Shown here: positions 1-9,814 of the stretch, piece by piece
How the letters are laid out: each line of letters starts with the position of its first letter
Position numbering within the stretch: the stretch's first letter is position 1
Origin: a virus
Lineage: Duplodnaviria > Caudoviricetes
Strand: one strand, 5' to 3'
IMG/VR virus record: IMGVR_UViG_3300011339_000426
Span: 1 to 31,137 of that record
DNA length: 31,137 nt
Program-made: the position numbers and the translations under genes
The notes under the pieces: model-generated
Databases searched by the model: none
Seen by the model: the letters and a program-made list of their open reading frames with translations, nothing else
Told to the model about the DNA's origin: nothing

Positions 1-17
1 ATGACTACACGGGTGAC

Positions 18-1406
18 ATGTCTAACACCGACTACGGCGGCTTTGACTACAGTGGGTTTGACTTTGGTAGTAACGACCTAGACCTAAGTGAGTTTGACCT
101 TGGCGACGGGGACTACTCTAACTTTGACTTTGGCGGTGGCGACGACTTTGGTTTTGATTTAAGTGATTACGACTTCGCAAGGGGTGGAAAGATTAACATG
201 GCAAAAGGTCGTTACTTACAAGGAAACACCGATGGTATGGCTGACAAAATCCCGGCCAAAATTAATAAAAAACAACCCGCTGCGCTTAGCCATGGCGAGT
301 TTGTTATCCCTGCGGATGTTGTGTCTCATTTGGGTAACGGCAACTCTGATGCCGGAGCTAAAAAACTTTACCAAATGATGGACAAAATTCGTGTTGCCCG
401 CACAGGTAACAAAGAACAAGGCAGACAAATCAACCCTGACAAGTTTATGCCCGGCGGTTTAACAAACGCTTATGCTAACGGTGGCAAGGTGCAGGGGTTT
501 GCAGGCCCCGATGGTAGTGCAGTAGGCGCAACTGGGCTTGGCTCGGCAGTAAGTGCAGGTATCACTGGCACGGAAACTGGCCCCAATAGCTGGGCGGGAG
601 ACTATATGTCTAACATGCTTGGTAAAACCCAAGCGTTGACTGAAACCCCCTACCAACAGTACATGGGTCCTTTATCTGCGGGTGCTTCTGGCTTGCAAAA
701 CCAAGTGTTTACAGGCTTACAGAACACTGCGTTCCCCGGCAATTTAGGTCAGTCGTTTAGCTCAGCGGGGGCATACCAAGCGCCTACTTTGGGGACTAGC
801 GGTACTACACCATCAGCGCCAACAACTCCAGCGGCACCTACCCAACCAACTGGTATTGCTTCGCAGTACATGAACCCGTACCTGCAAAATGTGCTTGATC
901 CTCAACTGGCGGAGTTGCGCCGTCAGAATGATATTACCAACATGAGTGGTAATGCAAAAATGACTCAAGCCGGTGGTTTTGGTGGCGGTCGTCAAGCCAT
1001 TATGAATGCGGAAAACAACCGCAATTTGATGCAAGAGATGAACAAAACCGTTGGTCAAGGGTACGCAAGTGCGTACGATAAGGGTCAGCAACAGTTTAAC
1101 GTCGAACAAGCGCAGGGTAGGTCATTGGCCGACCTCATGGCATCGCAAGGTAACGTTCAGCGTGGCATTGAAGCCGAGGGTATGGCAGCGGACAAATCAG
1201 CGTTTGAAGCCGCTAGGGAAAACCCCTACAAGATGCTTCAGTTCCAGCAGTCCATGCTTAACGGCCTGCCAGTTTCTGCAACCAGCTACAACATTGCACA
1301 ACCCACTAAGCTCCAAGAAATCATGGCGGGCGCAGCAGGCGGAGCAAAAGCAGTTGGTAAGAGCAATAACACTGTAGCCGATCTATTGAAACAATTAGGC
1401 TTGTAA
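18..1406 (+). CDS. Putative internal virion / DNA ejection (pilot) protein, probably 5'-truncated by the window edge
   Basis: Frame stays open upstream of ATG 18 (GAC TAC ACG GGT GAC). G/A/Q-rich. Carries GNTDGMADKIPA...LSHGEFVIPADVV and YMNPY...GGFGGGR segments recognised from phage ejection proteins. Lies upstream of a giant virion-like gene. Confidence 0.6.
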   Translation: MSNTDYGGFDYSGFDFGSNDLDLSEFDLGDGDYSNFDFGGGDDFGFDLSDYDFARGGKINMAKGRYLQGNTDGMADKIPAKINKKQPAALSHGEFVIPADVVSHLGNGNSDAGAKKLYQMMDKIRVARTGNKEQGRQINPDKFMPGGLTNAYANGGKVQGFAGPDGSAVGATGLGSAVSAGITGTETGPNSWAGDYMSNMLGKTQALTETPYQQYMGPLSAGASGLQNQVFTGLQNTAFPGNLGQSFSSAGAYQAPTLGTSGTTPSAPTTPAAPTQPTGIASQYMNPYLQNVLDPQLAELRRQNDITNMSGNAKMTQAGGFGGGRQAIMNAENNRNLMQEMNKTVGQGYASAYDKGQQQFNVEQAQGRSLADLMASQGNVQRGIEAEGMAADKSAFEAARENPYKMLQFQQSMLNGLPVSATSYNIAQPTKLQEIMAGAAGGAKAVGKSNNTVADLLKQLGL

Positions 1407-1415
1407 GGAAACATC

Positions 1416-3467
1416 ATGGGCATTGGTATTGACAAACTGGTAGATAGCTTTATGGGCAACCCAGCGCCGTTACAGGCTAAGGTTGACCGGGATAATGCTA
1501 ATAAACCGCCTAACGCTATTCCTAAGGATTTGGAAGAAGCCATTGCTCTGCAAGAAATTGCTGACGTACACGCGGGCGCACAAAACCAACAAGCTATGCA
1601 GGCTGGAGGTGCCCAGCCTTCTGTAGTCCAAAGGCTACAACAGATGTTAGCCAGTGCTGAGCAACGCGACCAAGCCCAGATGCCACAAGGTATGCCACAA
1701 GGTATCCCCCCACAGATGCCCCGAGGAATGCCACAAGGTATGCCAAGAGGTATGCCCCCACAGATGCCCCGAGGTTTGCCACAAGGTATGCCCAGAGGAA
1801 TGCCGCCCCAAATGCCCCGAGGCATGCCTCCAAAGCCCGTAATGGCTGCGAGTGGCGGTAGCATAAACCAGCTTATGTCTAACCTTGGCCGTAACTACGA
1901 CGGCGGCGGCATTGTTGCGTTTGCACCGGGCGGTGAAATTAAACTAGGTACAGACTTTGCCTCGTTCTTGCAAAAAATGGGTACGGACTACGTAGAGTAC
2001 GCTAACTCATCACCCGAAGTCAAAGCTAACCTTAAAGAAATATATGCGGAAACCAAAGCCGCAGCCCCTGCTGCCGCTAAAGAAGCTGCCGCAGTTGTAA
2101 GTAAAGCCGCTCCTGCTGCCGCTGAAGGTCGTGGACTTTTGTATGGCGCAGGCAAACTTGCAGGTAAGGCTGTCAAAGGAATGGGTCCGGCAGGTGTACT
2201 AGCTTCAACGTTGTCTGAAGCTGGTGACTACAAACTTAAATCTGATGACGACATTGACACCTCTGCTTCAGGCACATTTGAGGATTTGAAAAAAGGTGAG
2301 TTTGGTCGAGCCGCCAAAGGTCTTGGCATGGGCTTAGGTGAATTGGGCGCAGACTTAGGATCATCTGTTGCAAATACACTCGACTACGTTGTGCCCGGTA
2401 AAGCCCCTGTGTCTAGTGCATACGACAAACTGTTGCGAGATTCTGGTTTATTTAAAGACAAAGCATCTGCGCCCACCAAAGAAGAAGCCGTTGCCGGAGA
2501 TGCAGAGACAGAAAAGCTAAAACGCTTGGCAGCAGCCAGAGCGCAAACAGGGCAAAACACAAACCCTGCGCTACGGCCAAAACCCCCTGCAGCGGTAAAA
2601 CCATCTGGACCCCCCGGACCGCCCAAGCCAGTTGTTGCCAAACCTGAGGTGGAAGCCCCAGAACCGGTTAACAAACTACGTGCAGCCATAGAAGCCAATA
2701 TCTTTAAAAACTTGAACAAAGATGAAGACGCTGAGTTTGCAAAGAACGCTCAACGCTATAAGGATTACGTAGGCATAGATAAACTGCTTGCACCAAGAGA
2801 AGCGCGGATTGCAGAGCGCGAAGGCATGCAGAGAAAGATTCAAGGCGAACGTTTACCAGAGTGGGTAGCCGGTCTTGATCGCGCCTCTAAACCTATCGTA
2901 AGTGGCGGTATTGGTACGATGCTGAACAATCTGGGTTCTGGCATGCAAGGCCAACGTGAAGCATACTCTGGCGAAGACTTAAAGTTCTTTGACGACATTA
3001 CTGCCATGAAAGACGAAGTCTTAAAACTTCGGATCGAAGGCAACTACAAAGCCGCTGCCGCTGGCGAAGCTGCAATTAAAGCTGCTATTGACAGTAAAGA
3101 GAAGTCAGAACATTCCGGCACCAGCCTGCTCAATGTAGACGAACAGACTGCCCAACGCAGAGAAAAAGCCAAAGAAGATGCTAGGGTAAGGCTTGAACAA
3201 GCTAGGCTTCGTGCGGCTGGGGCTGGGTCTGGCGACAAACAACGATTAAACGAGCTTAAAGCGCTTCAGACCAGCATGAAAGATCAGCTAAAAGACCCAC
3301 GCATGATGGGTAGAGCCGGTGATGAATTGCGTCGTCAACTATCTGCTGTTAATTCTGAAATTGCAAAAATGGCTGATGTAAGTACAATGGCGGCAGCCCC
3401 CGGCGCGTCAAGCCCCGGCGGAACCACCCGGATGCGATTTGACGCAAAAGGGAACCCAATTTCATGA
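1416..3467 (+). CDS. Putative internal virion / ejection protein (Ala/Gly/Lys-rich, helical)
   Basis: 683-aa ORF with SD TAAGGA before the ATG; low-complexity composition; sits between the pilot-like gene and the large polyvalent gene. Confidence 0.6.
   Translation: MGIGIDKLVDSFMGNPAPLQAKVDRDNANKPPNAIPKDLEEAIALQEIADVHAGAQNQQAMQAGGAQPSVVQRLQQMLASAEQRDQAQMPQGMPQGIPPQMPRGMPQGMPRGMPPQMPRGLPQGMPRGMPPQMPRGMPPKPVMAASGGSINQLMSNLGRNYDGGGIVAFAPGGEIKLGTDFASFLQKMGTDYVEYANSSPEVKANLKEIYAETKAAAPAAAKEAAAVVSKAAPAAAEGRGLLYGAGKLAGKAVKGMGPAGVLASTLSEAGDYKLKSDDDIDTSASGTFEDLKKGEFGRAAKGLGMGLGELGADLGSSVANTLDYVVPGKAPVSSAYDKLLRDSGLFKDKASAPTKEEAVAGDAETEKLKRLAAARAQTGQNTNPALRPKPPAAVKPSGPPGPPKPVVAKPEVEAPEPVNKLRAAIEANIFKNLNKDEDAEFAKNAQRYKDYVGIDKLLAPREARIAEREGMQRKIQGERLPEWVAGLDRASKPIVSGGIGTMLNNLGSGMQGQREAYSGEDLKFFDDITAMKDEVLKLRIEGNYKAAAAGEAAIKAAIDSKEKSEHSGTSLLNVDEQTAQRREKAKEDARVRLEQARLRAAGAGSGDKQRLNELKALQTSMKDQLKDPRMMGRAGDELRRQLSAVNSEIAKMADVSTMAAAPGASSPGGTTRMRFDAKGNPIS
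1680..1832 (+). repeat. In-frame 12-nt tandem repeat encoding MP(Q/R)G / MPPQ, about 12 units with a 48-nt higher-order period
   Basis: MPQG MPQG IPPQ MPRG MPQG MPRG MPPQ MPRG LPQG MPRG MPPQ MPRG MPP read directly from the sequence. Confidence 0.95.
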
Positions 3468-3475
3468 GGTGATGT

Positions 3476-6400
3476 ATGGCGATTGAAGCGCAACTGGCCG
3501 ATGGCCGAGTCCTTGAGTTCCCCGATGGCACAGACCCAAGCGTAATTCAAGCAACAGTCAAACGGTTAGTCGCTCAATCATCTGGCCCAAAAGAATCCAC
3601 AATCGGTAGCGAACTGGTTCGTGGCGCTAAGCAGGCACTGTCCTCAGGGCGTACTGGCTTTGGAAGTATCTTTGACCCCAATGAGGCAGCTAAGGCTGGT
3701 GTTGCCCGTAGCGAAGCCATTGGACAAGAAGCTGGCGAAGGCGTCAGTCTAGAAGCCGTTAAAAAAGCATACCGAGACAAAGGCTTGTTGTCAGCCGCTG
3801 GCGAAGCTGTATCTCAAGTACCCCGTGCGTTAGCTGGTCAAGGCGCAAACCTAGCGTCTATGTATGCCGGAGCTAAAGCAGGCTCTGCTGCTGGCTCTGC
3901 GTTTGGTGTTCCCGGTCGTGCAATTGGCGCAGGCTTAGGCGCTGGTGCAGTTTTGCTTCCCCAATTTGCAGGTTCCAACGTTGAACGCCAAGCTGAAGAA
4001 CAGATGGACGCGGGCAAAGACGTTAACATTGACCGCAAAAAAGCCTATACAGCCGCCGCATTTCAAGCCGCACTAGAAGGTGGCGGTACCGCATTGACAT
4101 TGGGTAAACGCGTAGTTGGGGGAATACTTGGAATTACGGAAGATGCCGCCCTCAAAAGTGTTGCCGCGCAAGCTGAGTTAGTCAAAGCCGCCGAGCGTTC
4201 GCTGGCTGCATCTGCGGGACGTGGAGTTGTCCGTGGTGCGGCTGAGATGCCCGTTGAGGTTGCTCAACAAGTTCTTGAGCGTTACCAAGCAGGGTTAGAG
4301 TTAACGTCCCCAGACGCCTATAAAGAATACGGTGAGTCCGCATATCAAGCCGCCTTGATTGGCGGACCATTGGGCGGTGCCGCAGGTGCCGCAGGTCGTG
4401 GCCAAGCCCGTGGTCAGTTAGACCAACAACGTCGCGCTGCAGAAGCTGCAAGACCACGAGAGCCAGAACCCGAACAAGCACCAGAACAAGAAATCGTACC
4501 CGGTGCCAAGCTGCGTCAGGATGCCCGTGTTGGTACGCAAGGTACGTTGTTTACGCGTAAAGAGATGGGCGACAAAATTGCGGAGCCTAAAGAAGCGCCA
4601 GAACCCAAAGTTGCTGCAGTGCAGCAAGGCGAACAGCTTGGGCTTGGTTTAGATTTCCAACGTGAATACAACGACTTAGCTGCCGAACGTGAAGCACTTA
4701 GGGCGGGGCCACGAACCGCTGACGTTAGGGCGCGTATTGCCGAACTAACGGAGCAAATGGCATCGTACGATGAAGCTACCGCTGGTCAACAGCAAGCCGA
4801 AGAAATAATTAAAGCAGAACGCGCCGCCAAGAAAGCAAAGACAGCGGTAGCTGAGCCGCCCGTAGTTGAGCCGCCAGTAACCGGTATTACCCAAGCAGAC
4901 ATTGATGCCATAGGACTGCCCCTGCGAACATCTGCAAAATGGATACAAGACAATGTGCTTGGCAAAACTGTCGATGAAATTAAAGCGCTGGTTCAGCGTG
5001 ACCCCAAACTTATTAGCGGTAAGGGCGCTCGTGCTGAGGTATTGAAAGCGTTGATAGCGCCACAACCTACAGCCTTTGAGGAGAAACCAAATGTCCCGAC
5101 CACTACCCAAACGGATCAGCCTCAAGGCGAGCTTGACCTCGGAGGAGGTGAGCCAAGCGTGGGAGTATCTGGTAAGCCTACCGGAACCGACGTGGTACAA
5201 CCCGGAACCGGAGTTCCCGCCACCACCGGAACATCTGCAACACCTGACGGACTCGGATTGGCACCTGCTGGACAACCTGCTGGCACGGGAACTACATCTC
5301 AAGGAACGCAGCCCCCTGCAGTAATAACAACCCCCGCTACGCGCACGTCTGACCAAGTTCAAGATGAGATTCGCGCTATACAAAAAGAACAGCAATCGTT
5401 ACTAACTAAAGCTGGGCGTGTCCCCGCAGTAAAATCCCCAGCCCGTAAAAAATGGGACGCGCTAGAAGCCTTGTTTGCCCAGAAAATGGCCGAGTGGGAT
5501 GCCCTAGATAAAGCTGAACGTAAAGCCAAAAATGCGCCTACAACTACTCCTGCTGTTACTCCTCCTCCTGCCACTACCACGACTGCTAAGGGACCCAAGA
5601 CAACTGTTAAGCCGACTGCTACGACTACCCCTCCCAAAGAGACTAAAGCACCGGCTCCTGCTGTTGCTACTGAAACTGTAGACGAGGAAGCTGCGCGCAA
5701 AGCGGAAGCCGAAGAAATCAAGCGCCGACTAGACGAAGTAGAACGTAAACAAAAAGAAGCGCAAATTAAAGCAGATGCCGCCAAGGGCCTGCCGCCTGCG
5801 CCTACACCAAAAGCAACGCCCGTAAAAGCTGCGCCAAAAGTTGAACCGGAAACCGAACTTGAAATTCCTGATGCGTTCGCCGGAATAGGACAAGCCGCAG
5901 CAGAAGCCCGTGCCCGTCGTGAAGCTCGTGAAAAAGCCGCTGAAGACGCTAAACAAGCCGCTGAGGAAGCCAAGAAAGCCGCTGAGGAAGCCAAGAAAGC
6001 GGCAGCAGAAATTAAAAAAGCTGCAGCGGAAGCCAAGAAAGCCGCAGCAGCCCCTGCACAAGTGCCTGATGAAATTAAAAAAGTTGCCGAAAAACTTAAG
6101 GGAATTGTTTTATACCAAGGCAAGGAAGGTTTTATTGTTAAAGCCCCCGACCGATCATCTGGAGAAGCTGCATATATTCCAGTATCCAATAAAGCGGCTT
6201 ACTTTGCTAACAGGTTAAACGGTAAACCATTAAATATTAGTGCAATTAAAGGCGATGTAACTGGGACATTTACACAAACGGAATTTGATGCGCTCAAGGT
6301 AGAAGCAGCCAAGCTTGAAAAAATTGACGCTGATAACTACGCCAAGTTTCCCAATGGCCCGTTTACTGGAGCTAAGTCTAATGTTGTTGCCGGAGACAGC

Positions 6401-9400
6401 GTTGACCCACGTTACACAAATTACCTTACGGAGTTGATGAAATCTTTGGGGATAGGTGATGTGCGCGTGTTCCTGTATCACGGTGAAGACGTAAGAGGCC
6501 GCGAAAACGATTTGCATTTGCATGGGAACTACTACCCAATAATGTCTAGAGCTTATCCTGACGAAGGTCAAGAAGGCGCTACCCGCACAATTGGCCCTAA
6601 CGACAAAGACTTTATGTTGTTTATCAATAACAACATGTCCGTAGAAAACACGTTGGAAACCATTTCACACGAACTGGGCCACATGATTCAAAAGATAGCG
6701 TTTGACGGTGCCCCTGCCGCTACTCGTAAAGCTGTCATGGATGAATACGATACGTGGGTGGCTAGCCTAAAAGGTAAAACAATTGCCGACTTAATTCCCA
6801 AGTTGCGTAACCGATACACCACAGAAGACATGGAAGCCCGCACGATTCCAGACATACCGTTAGACAAAATGCGTGTGTCGGACCTTCAGTACTGGATGGG
6901 CTTCTCTGAGTGGTTTGCAGATAACGTGTCCCGTTGGGCTACTACTTCCGATAAACCTTTGACCATTACAGAAAAGTTTTTCTCCAAAGTTGGGCAGATG
7001 ATGCGTGACTTAGTGGCTTTGGTCACTAGCCGCAAATTCCCACCAGCCAAAACAGTTGCAAAATTCTTGGATGCTATGGGTCCCGGCAGTTCTCTCAACT
7101 GGTTCAATACGCGTATTAGCTCGTCAGCAATTACACCGCAAGCGTCTATTGATAGTGGCGCGTACAGCACCGAGAGTCCAAAGATTCAGAACCAAGTGTC
7201 GTTTAGCACTGAGGCTTTGGTTGACTCTATGGGTCCTCTAAGTCGGGATGAGGAGTCGAGCTTGAAGAGGCTAATTGCTGGAGTGCAATCTAGCCCTGAC
7301 ATTGGGTACGTGACTAAGTTCCGTACGCAAGTAACGGACATTGCTGCCACCATTGAGAAACGGTTAAGCAGTAAGTTTGACGGCGCTGTGCGTAACTCAC
7401 TGGGCGAACTTAACCCTATGGGTCTGTACCGTCAAGCGCAAGACTACACCAAGATGCTGCTTGAGTATTTCCAGACTGGCACGTTGTACAAAGACCCAAC
7501 TACCGGATTGTGGAAGTCAGGCATGGGCGAAGGCGTACGCCCACCCGCAGAAGTTTTTGCGTTAATAGACAAGTACGCAGAGAAGAACGGATACAGCCGT
7601 GAACGCGCCACGCAGATTGCCAGCCGTGTATTGGAAGGTGTGCGTTTGAATGAGATGCGCAGGTCCAACCGGCAAGATGGCACATCGTTTGTGATTCACT
7701 TGAAAGATAACGAGATTGACCAGTTGGTTGCGGAATACAACGCCGACCCTGACCTAAAAGAAATGTCCAAGCTCATGGACGAGGCTCGTATTGAGATGGT
7801 CAACAACATGGTCAAGGTGGGCCGGTTGTCTGCGGAAGAAGGTAAGTTGTGGCGTGAGGTCGTAGGCTATGTGCCGTTTGATCGTGAAACAATTGATGCC
7901 GTAGCGTCCAACTTTAACAAAGCCAAAAAGATCAGTGGCAAAGGTTTAGCACAGCTTGGTAAGTTGCCTGAGTTAGTTGGTTCACTTAAACGTCCAGTGG
8001 GCAATGTATTTGAGAACTACCTAAACACACTTGGTTGGATGGTCGGCCAAACACTCAAAGCCGATGCCACGTTGCAAACGCTTAAAAGTTTACAAGACGT
8101 AGGGTACGCCAAAAAGCTAGGCGTTAGTGCGCAAGGTAACCCAAACGTTGTTGGTGCGTATGTTGATGGCGAGATGGTGTATTGGTCGGTGCCTAGCAAG
8201 TACGACGTCATGGCGTTCAAAGATTTAAACCCACCAAAAGCTGGTTGGCTCCGTCTACTAGGCGCGTTCTCCAACATACTGCGTAAAGCCGTTACTGCAT
8301 TGCCACCATTTGCTTTGAAGCAGGTAACAGACGACGTGCAACGTGCCATCCTTACCTCCGGTGTGAAGAACCCCGGCGCTTTGGTTTGGATGTCTTTGAC
8401 TAACTTCCCCAAGCTGGCATTTGCAGAACTACGTGGCATTCAGCATCCAATGGTTAGAGACTTTGGTAAGCTCGGTTTGACTGGCGAGTATGACTTTGAA
8501 GCCGGTAAGCCTGCTGCATCTTTGTTAAAAGACTTAGGGTACAAGAAGCGCGGTCGCTTTGAATCACTCTTGCACAAACTTGACGGCATTACCCGCGCAT
8601 CTGATTTAGCAGTTCGTAAGGCGATCTACGATCAGACCATGAACGAAAGCAAAGATGAGTTGTTGGCGCAGACCCGTGCCCGTGAGTTTATTAACTTCCG
8701 TCGCCGTGGTTCAAACGATTTTGTAGGCGCAATGGTTACCACCATTCCGTTCTTTAACGCCTACATTCAAGGTATGGATGTGTTGTATCGCGCTGCATCC
8801 GGCAAAGACTCAAGCTCTTCTGTTGATCGTGCGCAAGCTCGTCAACTGTTCTGGAGCCGTGCAGCCATAGCCACAACCTTTAGCATAATGTATGCGTTAG
8901 GAAAGGATGATGAAGACGAAGACTACAACGATATGGATTTGCGTACACGAGACAGCAACTGGATTTTTGGCGGTGGGTACAAGCTCGGAGTTCCGGGCGA
9001 ACTGGGCGCTATCTTTAAAGTCATTCCTGAGCGCGTTGTAGAGTACATGAAGCGTCAAGGTACACCAGAAGAACAAACAGCCTTTGATGCTATGCGCACA
9101 ACGCTGAGCTACATGTTCGAGCAATACTTGGGTCGGGCAACGCCTGTACCGCAAGCCATTAAACCTGTGCTAGAAGCATGGGCAAACAAATCGTTCTTAA
9201 CTGGCAAAGACTTAGAGGGCTACCACCACAGGGCAATGGACCCAAGCATGCGTATGACCGAGCAGACGTCAGAGTTGGCTAAAGCCATTGCTAAGTTTAG
9301 CCGTGACGAGATTGGCGTTGAGGTTTCCCCAATCATGGTTGACAACGCACTGCGTGGATACCTTGGCTCTACGGCTGCAATGTTTACCATGGTAACGGAC

Positions 9401-9814
9401 AGCTTGCTCAATCCAACGCGAGTTGATCGCCCACTGCATAAGTACGCATTGCTTAGCAATTACTTGTACGACCCAGTTGGCACACGACGCATGACTGAGT
9501 TCTACGAGGAACGCGAGAAGGTCGGCAAAGCTAACACTACGCTGAACGAGCTAATGAAAACCGACATTGATCGGGCGGAAAAATACGTTGACGAACATGC
9601 TGACGAACTGCAATTAGAAGGCGCGGTTAACTCCACGCTTGAGCAACTAGAACGTACCCGCGCATACCGCAAGTTCTTAAACAGTCCTGACGGTGCTGAA
9701 GAGATGAGCAAAGAAGACCGCGAAGCAGAACTTAAAGAGCTTAAGAAACTTGAGATTGAGCTAGTTGGCTGGGTGCGAGAAGCTAAGGCAGAACTTCGCA
9801 AGGTCCAACGCTAA
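3476..9814 (+). CDS. Large polyvalent virion/ejection protein with a zincin-like metallopeptidase motif and an LPD38-like C-terminal region
   Basis: 2112 aa; SD GAGGTG; HELGH at 6668-6682 with downstream EWFAD (E at 6908); C-terminal third (NFRRRG, IPFFNAYIQG, SPIMVDNALRGYLG) resembles the conserved C-termini of phage polyvalent proteins. Confidence 0.7.
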   Translation: MAIEAQLADGRVLEFPDGTDPSVIQATVKRLVAQSSGPKESTIGSELVRGAKQALSSGRTGFGSIFDPNEAAKAGVARSEAIGQEAGEGVSLEAVKKAYRDKGLLSAAGEAVSQVPRALAGQGANLASMYAGAKAGSAAGSAFGVPGRAIGAGLGAGAVLLPQFAGSNVERQAEEQMDAGKDVNIDRKKAYTAAAFQAALEGGGTALTLGKRVVGGILGITEDAALKSVAAQAELVKAAERSLAASAGRGVVRGAAEMPVEVAQQVLERYQAGLELTSPDAYKEYGESAYQAALIGGPLGGAAGAAGRGQARGQLDQQRRAAEAARPREPEPEQAPEQEIVPGAKLRQDARVGTQGTLFTRKEMGDKIAEPKEAPEPKVAAVQQGEQLGLGLDFQREYNDLAAEREALRAGPRTADVRARIAELTEQMASYDEATAGQQQAEEIIKAERAAKKAKTAVAEPPVVEPPVTGITQADIDAIGLPLRTSAKWIQDNVLGKTVDEIKALVQRDPKLISGKGARAEVLKALIAPQPTAFEEKPNVPTTTQTDQPQGELDLGGGEPSVGVSGKPTGTDVVQPGTGVPATTGTSATPDGLGLAPAGQPAGTGTTSQGTQPPAVITTPATRTSDQVQDEIRAIQKEQQSLLTKAGRVPAVKSPARKKWDALEALFAQKMAEWDALDKAERKAKNAPTTTPAVTPPPATTTTAKGPKTTVKPTATTTPPKETKAPAPAVATETVDEEAARKAEAEEIKRRLDEVERKQKEAQIKADAAKGLPPAPTPKATPVKAAPKVEPETELEIPDAFAGIGQAAAEARARREAREKAAEDAKQAAEEAKKAAEEAKKAAAEIKKAAAEAKKAAAAPAQVPDEIKKVAEKLKGIVLYQGKEGFIVKAPDRSSGEAAYIPVSNKAAYFANRLNGKPLNISAIKGDVTGTFTQTEFDALKVEAAKLEKIDADNYAKFPNGPFTGAKSNVVAGDSVDPRYTNYLTELMKSLGIGDVRVFLYHGEDVRGRENDLHLHGNYYPIMSRAYPDEGQEGATRTIGPNDKDFMLFINNNMSVENTLETISHELGHMIQKIAFDGAPAATRKAVMDEYDTWVASLKGKTIADLIPKLRNRYTTEDMEARTIPDIPLDKMRVSDLQYWMGFSEWFADNVSRWATTSDKPLTITEKFFSKVGQMMRDLVALVTSRKFPPAKTVAKFLDAMGPGSSLNWFNTRISSSAITPQASIDSGAYSTESPKIQNQVSFSTEALVDSMGPLSRDEESSLKRLIAGVQSSPDIGYVTKFRTQVTDIAATIEKRLSSKFDGAVRNSLGELNPMGLYRQAQDYTKMLLEYFQTGTLYKDPTTGLWKSGMGEGVRPPAEVFALIDKYAEKNGYSRERATQIASRVLEGVRLNEMRRSNRQDGTSFVIHLKDNEIDQLVAEYNADPDLKEMSKLMDEARIEMVNNMVKVGRLSAEEGKLWREVVGYVPFDRETIDAVASNFNKAKKISGKGLAQLGKLPELVGSLKRPVGNVFENYLNTLGWMVGQTLKADATLQTLKSLQDVGYAKKLGVSAQGNPNVVGAYVDGEMVYWSVPSKYDVMAFKDLNPPKAGWLRLLGAFSNILRKAVTALPPFALKQVTDDVQRAILTSGVKNPGALVWMSLTNFPKLAFAELRGIQHPMVRDFGKLGLTGEYDFEAGKPAASLLKDLGYKKRGRFESLLHKLDGITRASDLAVRKAIYDQTMNESKDELLAQTRAREFINFRRRGSNDFVGAMVTTIPFFNAYIQGMDVLYRAASGKDSSSSVDRAQARQLFWSRAAIATTFSIMYALGKDDEDEDYNDMDLRTRDSNWIFGGGYKLGVPGELGAIFKVIPERVVEYMKRQGTPEEQTAFDAMRTTLSYMFEQYLGRATPVPQAIKPVLEAWANKSFLTGKDLEGYHHRAMDPSMRMTEQTSELAKAIAKFSRDEIGVEVSPIMVDNALRGYLGSTAAMFTMVTDSLLNPTRVDRPLHKYALLSNYLYDPVGTRRMTEFYEEREKVGKANTTLNELMKTDIDRAEKYVDEHADELQLEGAVNSTLEQLERTRAYRKFLNSPDGAEEMSKEDREAELKELKKLEIELVGWVREAKAELRKVQR
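5091..5324 (+). CDS. Candidate overprinted 77-aa protein in the +1 frame of the giant gene
   Basis: GAGGAG at 5078-5083, 7 nt before ATG 5091; tandem TAA TAA stop; amphipathic helical, Trp/Leu-rich product, while the main frame here is a P/T/G/Q linker. Confidence 0.55.
   Translation: MSRPLPKRISLKASLTSEEVSQAWEYLVSLPEPTWYNPEPEFPPPPEHLQHLTDSDWHLLDNLLARELHLKERSPLQ
5936..6040 (+). repeat. Five 21-nt units encoding AAEEAKK-like heptads
   Basis: GCCGCTGAGGAAGCCAAGAAA is exact twice (5957-5998), with three degenerate flanking units. Confidence 0.9.

Noticed and set aside
1286-1864. 192-aa antisense ORF with GIPxG repeats
   Set aside because: It is the mirror of the MPxG repeat gene and has no independent support.
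4745-6189. Long antisense ORFs (4745-5395, 5359-6189)
   Set aside because: They are shadow frames of the Ala/Pro/Lys-rich sense gene, with no SD or domain features.
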